This document shows, piece after piece, positions 56,801 through 64,000 of a DNA stretch of 64,000 nucleotides; the stretch's first letter is position 1; every line of letters begins with the position of its first letter. This stretch comes from the human T2T-CHM13v2.0 reference genome, Homo sapiens: NCBI RefSeq assembly GCF_009914755.1, contig NC_060933.1. The stretch is one strand, 5' to 3'. A program made the position numbers and the translations under genes. The notes under the pieces are model-generated. The model was given only the letters and a program-made list of their open reading frames with translations, was not told where the DNA came from and searched no databases.

Positions 56801-59763
56801 ATTGCATTCCATTCCATTCCATTCCATTCCGTTCCGTTCCGTTCCATTCCATTCCTTTGCATTCCATTCCATTCCGTTCCGTTCCATTCCATTCCATTCC
56901 CTTCTATTCGGGTTAATTCCATTCCATTCCATTCGATTGCAATCGAGTTGATTCCATTCCATTCCATTCCATTCCATTCCATTCCTTTCCATTCCATTCC
57001 TTTCCATTCCATTACGGATGATTCCATTCCATTGCATTCCATTCCATTACATTCCTCTGCACTCGCGTTGATTCCATTCCATTCCATTCCATTCCATTCA
57101 ATTCCATTCTATTACAATTCGTTCCATTCCATTCTATTCCGTACCATTCCATTCCATTCCATACCATTCCATTACATTCCATTCCATTCCATTCCATTCC
57201 GTTCCATTCCGTTCCATTCCATTCCATTCCATTCGGGTTAATTCCATTCCATTCCATTCCATTCCATTCTATTCCATTCCATTGCAATCGAGTTGAATCC
57301 ATTGCATTTCATTCCATTCCATTCCATTCCATTCCGGAAGATTCCATTCCATTGCATTCCATTCCATTCCATTCCCCTGCACTCGCGTTGATTCCATTCC
57401 ATTCCATTCCATTCCATTCCATTCCATTCCATTCCGTTCCGTTCCATTCCATTCCATTCCATTCCATTCCGTTCCGTTCCATTCCATTCCATTCCATTCT
57501 ATTCGGGTTAATTCCATTCCATTCCATTCGATTGCAATCGTGTTGATTCCATTCCATTCCATTCCATTCCATTCCATTCCATTCCATTCCTTTCCATTCC
57601 ATTACGGATGATTCCATTCCATTGCATTCCATTCCATTCCATTCCCCTGTACTCGGGTTGATTCCATTCCATTGCATTCCAATCCATGCCCTTCCACTCG
57701 TGTTGATTCCATTTTTTCAATTCCATTCAAGTTGAATCCATTCCATTGCAATCCATTCCATTCGATTCCATTCGATTGCACTCGGGTTGATTCCATTCCA
57801 TTGCATTCCATTCCATTCCATTCCATTCCGTTCCATTCCATTCCATTACATTCGGATTGATTCTATTCAATTCCCTTACACTCCATTACATTCCATTCCA
57901 TTCGGGTAGTTTCCATTCCATTCCATTCCATTCCTCTCCATTCCATTGCACTCGGGTTGATTCCATTCCATTGCATTCCACTCCATTCCATTCAATTCCA
58001 TTCCGTTCCATTCCACTCCATTACATTCGGATTGATTCTATTCAACTGCCTTACTCTCCATTACATTCCATTCCATTCGGGCTGTTCCATTCCATTCCAT
58101 TCCATTCCACTCCATTCCATTGCACTCGGGTTTATTCCATTCCATTCCATTCCATTCCATTTCATTCCGTTCCATTCCGGAAGATTCCATTCCATTGCAT
58201 TCCATTCCATTCCATTCCCCTGCACTCGCGTTGATTCCATTCCATTCCATTCCATTCCATTCCATTCCATTCCATTCCATTCCATTCCTTTCCGTTCCAT
58301 TCCATTCCATTCCATTCCATTCCATTCCATTCCATTCCGTTCCATTCCGTTCCGTTCCATTCCATTCCATTCCATTCTATTCGGGTTAATTCCATTCCAT
58401 TCCAATCGATTGCAATCGAGTTGATTCCATTCCATTCCATTCCATTCCATTGCATTCCATTCCTTTCCATTCCATTCCTTTCCATTCCATTACGGATGAT
58501 TCTATTCCATTGCATTCCATTCCATTCCATTCCCCTGTACTCGGGTTCATTCCATTCCATTCCATTCCAATCCATGCCTTTCCACTCGTGTTGATTCCAT
58601 TCTTTCCATTCCATTCAAGTTGAATCCATTCCATTGCATTCCATTCCATTCCATTCCCATGCAGTCGGGTTGATTCCATTCCATTCCATTCCATTCCATT
58701 CCATTCCGTTACGTTCCGTTCCATTCCATTCCATTCCATTCTATTCGGGTTAATTCCATTCCATTCCATTCCATTCCATTCCATTCCATTCCAATCGAGT
58801 TGATTCCATTCCATTCTATTCCATTCCATTCCACTCCATTCCAGTCCTTTCCATTCCATTCCATTCGGGTTGATTCCAATGTATTCCTTTCCATTCCATT
58901 CCATTCCATTGCAATCGAGTTGATTCCATTGCTTTGCATTCCATTTCATTCCATTCCATTCCGGATGATTCCATTCCATTGCATTCCATTCCATTCCATT
59001 CCCCTGCACTCGGGTTGATTCCATTCCATTCCACTCCATTCCGTTCCATTCCATTCCATTCCATTGTATTCGAGTTAATTCCATTCCATTCCATTCCATT
59101 CCATTCCATTAAAATCGAGTTGATTCCATTCCATTCCATTCCATTCCATTCCATTCCATTCCAGTCTTTTCCATTCCATTCCACTCGGGTTGATTCCATT
59201 CTATTAGTTTCCATTCCATTCCCTTCCATTCCACTCTGGTTGATTCCATTCCTTTCCATTCCACTCGAATACATTCCCTCCTATTCCACTCGCAACGATT
59301 CCATTCCATTCCATTCCATTCCATTCCATTCCATTTCGTTCCATTCCATTCTATGCCGTATCATTCCATTCCATTCCATTTCATTCCATTCCATTCCATT
59401 CCACTCGTGTTGATTCCATTCCTTTCCATTCCATTCGGTTTGAAGGCATTCCATTCCATTCCATTCCATTCCATTCCATTCCATTGTACTCGGGTTGATT
59501 GCATTCCATTGCATTCCATTCCATTCCATTCCGTTGCATTCCATTCCTTTACATTCGGATTGATTCTATTCAACTCCCTTACTCTCCATGACGTTCCATT
59601 CCATTCGGGTTGTTCCATTCCATTCCATTCCATTCCACTCCATTCTATTGCACTCGGGTTGATTCCATTCCATTCCATTCCATTCCATTCCATTCCATTC
59701 CATTCCATTCCGGATGATTCCATTCCATTACATTCCGTTCCATTACATTCCCCTGCACTCGCG
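50870..59763 (+). repeat. Three-copy ~3-kb higher-order repeat (units of ~3046, ~2871 and ~2976 bp)
   Basis: Landmarks at 53335, 56276 and 59267. Private variants recur once per unit: TACATTCCTCTGCAC (~51131, ~54182, ~57048), CGTTACGTTCC (~52755, ~55701, ~58707), TTTGAAGGC (~53522, ~56448, ~59439) and TATTCGAGTTAA. Confidence 0.85.
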
Positions 59764-62700
59764 TTGATTCCATTCCATTCCATTTCGTTCCATTCCATTC
59801 CATTCCATTCCATTCGATTCCGTTCCTTTCCATTCCGTTCCATTCCATTCTATTCGGGTTAATTCCATTCCATTCCATTCGATTGCAATCGAGTTGATTC
59901 CATTCCATTGCATTCCATTCCATTCGATTCCATTCGATTGCACACGGGTTGATTCCATTCCATTGCATTCCATTCCATTCCATTCCATTCCATTCCATTC
60001 CATTCCATTCAGTTCCATTCCTTTCCATTACATTCGCATTGATTCTATTCAATTCCCTTACACTCCATTACATTCCATTCCATTCGGGTAGTTTCCACTC
60101 CATTCCATTCCATTCCTCTCCATTCCATTGCATTCGGGTTGATTCCATTCCATTGCATTCCATTCCATTCCATTCCATTCCGTTCCATTCCATTCCATTC
60201 CATTACATTCGGATTGATTCTATTCAGCTCCCTTACACTCCATTACATTCCATTCCATTCGGGTTGTTCCATTCCATTCCATTCCATTCCACTCGGGTTG
60301 ATTCCATTCCATTCCATTCCGGAAGATTCCATTCCATTGCATTCCATTACATTCCATTCCCCTGCACTCGCGTTGATTCCATTCCATGCCATTCCATTCC
60401 ATTCCATTCCATTCCGTTCCGTTCCGTTCCATTCCATTCCATTCCATTCCATTCCATTCCATTCCGTTCCGTTCCATTCCATTCCATTCCATTCTATTCG
60501 GGCTAATTCCATTCCATTGCATTCCATTCCATTCCGGAAGATTCCATTCCATTGCATTCCATTCCATTCCATTCCCCTGCACTCGCGTTGATTCCATTCC
60601 ATTCCATTCCATTCCATTCCATTCCCTTCCATTCCTTTCCGTTCCATTCCATTGCATTCCATTCCATTCCGTTCCGTTCCCTTCCGTTCCGTTCCATTCC
60701 ATTCCATTCCATTCTATTCGGGTTAATTCCATTCCATTCCATTCGACTGCAATCGAGTTGATTCCATTCCATTCCATTCCATTCCATTCCATTCCATTGC
60801 ATTCCATTCCTTTCCATTCCATTACGGATGATTCCATTCCATTGCATTCCATTCCATTCCATTCCCCTGTACTCGGGTTGATTCCATTCCATTCCATTCC
60901 AATCCATGCCATTCCACTCGTGTTGATTCCATTCTTTCCATTCCATTCAAGTTTAATCCATTCCTTTGCATTGCATTCAATACCATTCCACTGCAGTCGG
61001 GTTGATTCCATTCCATTCCATTCCATTCCATTCCATTCCGTTCCGTTCCGTTCCGTTCCGTTCCATTCCATTCCATTCCATTCCAATCTATTCGGGTTAA
61101 TTCCATTCCATTCCATTCCATTCCTTTCCATTTCAATCGAGTTGATTCCATTCCATTCCATTCCATTCCATTCCACTCCATTCCAGTCCTTTCCATTCCA
61201 TTCCACTCGGGTTGATTCCAATGTATTCCTTTCCATTCCATTCCATTCCATTGCAATCGAGTTGATTCCATTGCTTTGCATTCCATTCCATTCCATTCCA
61301 TTCCAGATGATTCCATTCCATTGTATTTCATTCCATTCCATTCCCCTGCACTCGGGTTGATTCCATTCCATTCCACTCCATTCCGTTCCATTCCATTCCA
61401 TTCCATTGTATTCGGGTTAATTCCATTCCATTCCATTCCATTCCATTGCATTCCATTCCATTCCATTCCATCACAATCGAGTTGGTTCCATTCCATTCCA
61501 TTCCATTCCATTCCATTCCATTCCATTCCATTCCATTCCATTCCGGATGATTCCATTGCATTACATTCCGTTCCATTACATTCCCCTGCACTCGGGTTGA
61601 TTCCATTCCATTCCATTCCATTCCATTCGATTCCATTCCATTCCAATTCTTTCCATTCCATTCTATTCCGTACAATTCCATTCCATTCCATACCATTCCA
61701 TTCCATTCCATTCCATTCCGTTCCGTTCCGTTCCGTTCCGTTCCATTCCATTCCATTTTATTCGGGTTAATTCCATTCCATTCCATTCCATTCCATTCTA
61801 TTCCATTCCATTGCAAACGTGTTGAATCCATTGCATTCCATTCCATTCCATTCCGGAAGATTCCATTCCATTGCATTCCATTCCATTCCATTCCCCTGCA
61901 CTCGCGTTGATTCCATTCCATTCCATTCCATTCCATTCCATTCCGTTCCGTTCCGTTCCATTCCATTCCATTCCATTCCATTCCATTCCGTTCCGTTCCA
62001 TTCCATTCCATTCCATTCTATTCGGGTTAATTCCATTCCATTCCATTCGATTGTAATCGTGTTGATTCCATTCCATTCCATTCCATTCCATTCCTTTCCA
62101 TTCCATTACGGATGATTCCATTCCATTGCATTCCATTCCATTCCATTCCCCTGTACTCGGGTTGATTCCATTCCATTGCATTCCAATCCATGCCCTTCCA
62201 CTCGTGTTGATTCCATTCTTTCCATTCCATTCAAGTTGAATCCATTCCATTGCATTCCATTCAATTTGATTCCATTCGATTGCACTCGGGTTGATTCCAT
62301 TCCATTGCATTCCATTCCATTCCATTCCATTCCTTTCTATTCCATTCCATTACATTCGGATTGATTCTATTCAACTCCCTTACTCTCCATTACATTCCAT
62401 TCCATTCGGGTTGTTCCATTCCATTCCATTCCATTCCACTCCATTCCATTGCACTCGGGTTGATTCCATTCCTTTCCATTCCATTCCATTCCATTACGGA
62501 TGATTTCATTCCATTTCATTCCGTTCCATTACATTCCCCTGCACTCGCGTTGATTCCATTCCATTCCATTCCATTCAATTCCATTCCATTACAATTCGTT
62601 CCATTCTATTCTATTCCGTACCATTCCATTCCATTCCATGCCATTCCATTCCATTCCATTCCATTCCATTCCGTTCCATTCCGTTCCATTCCATTCAATT

Positions 62701-64000
62701 CCATTCTATTCGGATTAATTCCATTCCACTCCATTCCATTCCATTCCATTCTATTCCATTGCATTGCAATCGAGTTGAATCCATTGCATTTCATTCCATT
62801 CCATTCCATTCCATTCCATTCCATTCCGGAAGTTTCCATTCCATTGCATTCCATTCCATTCCATTCCCCTGCACTCGCGTTGATTCCATTCCATTCCATT
62901 CCATTCCATTCCGTTCCGTTCCATTCCATTCCATTCCATTCCGTTCCGTTCCATTCCATTCCATTCCATTCTATTCGGGTTAATTCCATTCCATTCCATT
63001 CGATTGCAATCGAGTTGATTCCATTCCATTCCATTCCATTCCATTTCATTCCATTCCATTCCATTCCTTTCCATTCCATTACGGATGATTCCATTCCATT
63101 GCATTCCATTCCAGTCCATTCCCCTGTACTCGGGTTGATTCCATTCCATTCCATTCCAATCCATGCCATTCCACTCGTGTTGATTCCATTCTTTCCATTC
63201 CATTCAAGTTGAATCCATTCCATTGCATTCCATTCAATTTGATTCCATTCGATTGCACTCGGGTTGATTCCATTCCATTGCATCCCATTCCATTCCATTC
63301 CATTCCATTCCATTCCATTCCGTTCCATTCCTTTCCATTACATTCGGATTGATTCTATTCAATTCCCTTACACTGCATTACATTCCATTCCATTCGGGTA
63401 GTTTCCATTCCATTCCATTCCATTCCTCTCCATTCCATTGCACTCGGGGTGATTCCATTCCATTGCATTCTATTCCATTCATTCAATTCCATTCCGTTCC
63501 ATTCAATTCCATTACATTCGGATTGATTCTATTCAACTCCCTTACTCTCCATTCCATTCCATTCCATTCCACTCCATTCCATTGCACTCGGGTTGATTCC
63601 ATTCCATTCCATTCCATTCCATTCCATTACAATCGAGTTGATTCCATTCCATTCCAGTCCTTTCCATTCCATTCCAATCGGGTTGATTCCATTCTATAAG
63701 TTTCCATTCCATTCCATTCCCTTCCATTCCACTCTGGTTGATTCCATTCCTTTCCATTCCACTCGAATACATTCCCTCCTATTCCACTCGGAACGATTCC
63801 ATTCCATTCCATTCCATTCCATTCCATTCCATTCCATTTCGTTCCATTCCATTCTATTCCGTATCATTCCATTCCATTCCATTCCATTCCATTCCATTCC
63901 ATTCCATTCCATTCCATTCCATTGCACTCGGGTTGATTCCATTCCATTGCATTCCATTCCATTCCATTCCATTCCATTCCATTCCATTCCATTCCATTCC

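Larger units (their letters stand above)
1..64000 (+). repeat. Human Satellite III (HSat3) pericentromeric tandem array, (CATTC)n with CAACCCGAGT-type interruptions
   Basis: CATTC/ATTCC pentamers run end to end on +. Recurrent interruptions include ACTCGGGTTG, AATCGAGTTG, ATTCGGGTTA and ACTCGTGTTG. The reverse complement CAAC(C/A)CGAGT between GGAAT runs is the classical Sat III signature. Orientation is single throughout. Subfamily and chromosome (HSat3B-like, e.g. the 9q12 type) are plausible but not determinable by eye. Confidence 0.97.

Noticed and set aside
1249-63800. Recurring conserved motifs separated by variable stretches, superficially CRISPR-like
   Set aside because: The intervening sequences are the same pentamer, not unique spacers. 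There are no cas genes or leader, and this is a eukaryotic satellite.
1-64000. Hundreds of ORFs on both strands (MEWNG and IPFHS repeats), up to 479 aa at 29811-31250 (-) and 393 aa at 60220-61401 (-)
   Set aside because: (GGAAT)n and (ATTCC)n contain no stop codon in any frame. The ORFs overlap in all six frames, shift frame with pentamer-count changes between copies, and show no domain content.
1-64000. Strand inversion or inserted Alu/L1/alpha-satellite/HSat2 segment
   Set aside because: I saw no GGAAT run on +, no non-pentameric stretch longer than a few tens of bases, no poly(A) or target-site duplication, and no CATTCGATGAT-dominated HSat2 tract.
1-64000. G-quadruplex, i-motif or large hairpin as a special local feature
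   Set aside because: G3/C3 runs are isolated and too far apart, and palindromes are ~10 bp at most. The known fold-back tendency of (GGAAT)n is generic to the family, not specific to any site here.

Overview
The whole 64 kb is one uninterrupted human-type Satellite III (HSat3) array. It is (CATTC)n on the + strand and (GGAAT)n on the - strand, punctuated every few tens of bp by in-register variant modules of the ACTCGGGTTG (CAACCCGAGT on -) family. I see no strand inversion, transposon insertion, RNA gene or credible protein-coding gene. The supplied ORFs are MEWNG/IPFHS artefacts of a stop-free pentamer. The signal lies in the internal architecture. (1) A left domain (1-~26.45 kb) is built from five 1.46-2.5 kb monomers in a ~9.4 kb higher-order repeat and contains an apparently perfect 6,964-bp tandem duplication. 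(2) A sharp, rearranged boundary lies near 26.1-26.45 kb. (3) A ~4.7 kb block recurs at ~7.1 kb spacing, carrying a divergent island and overlapping a 1,359-bp tandem duplication. (4) A three-copy ~3 kb repeat occupies 50.9-59.8 kb. (5) About 40 copies of a single inverted-like pentamer (ATTCC-GGAAG-ATTCC) each create a perfect three-box heat-shock element (nTTCnnGAAnnTTCn), in a background that is itself a TEAD MCAT (CATTCC) array. Coordinates were read by eye and from ORF-track offsets, not by alignment.
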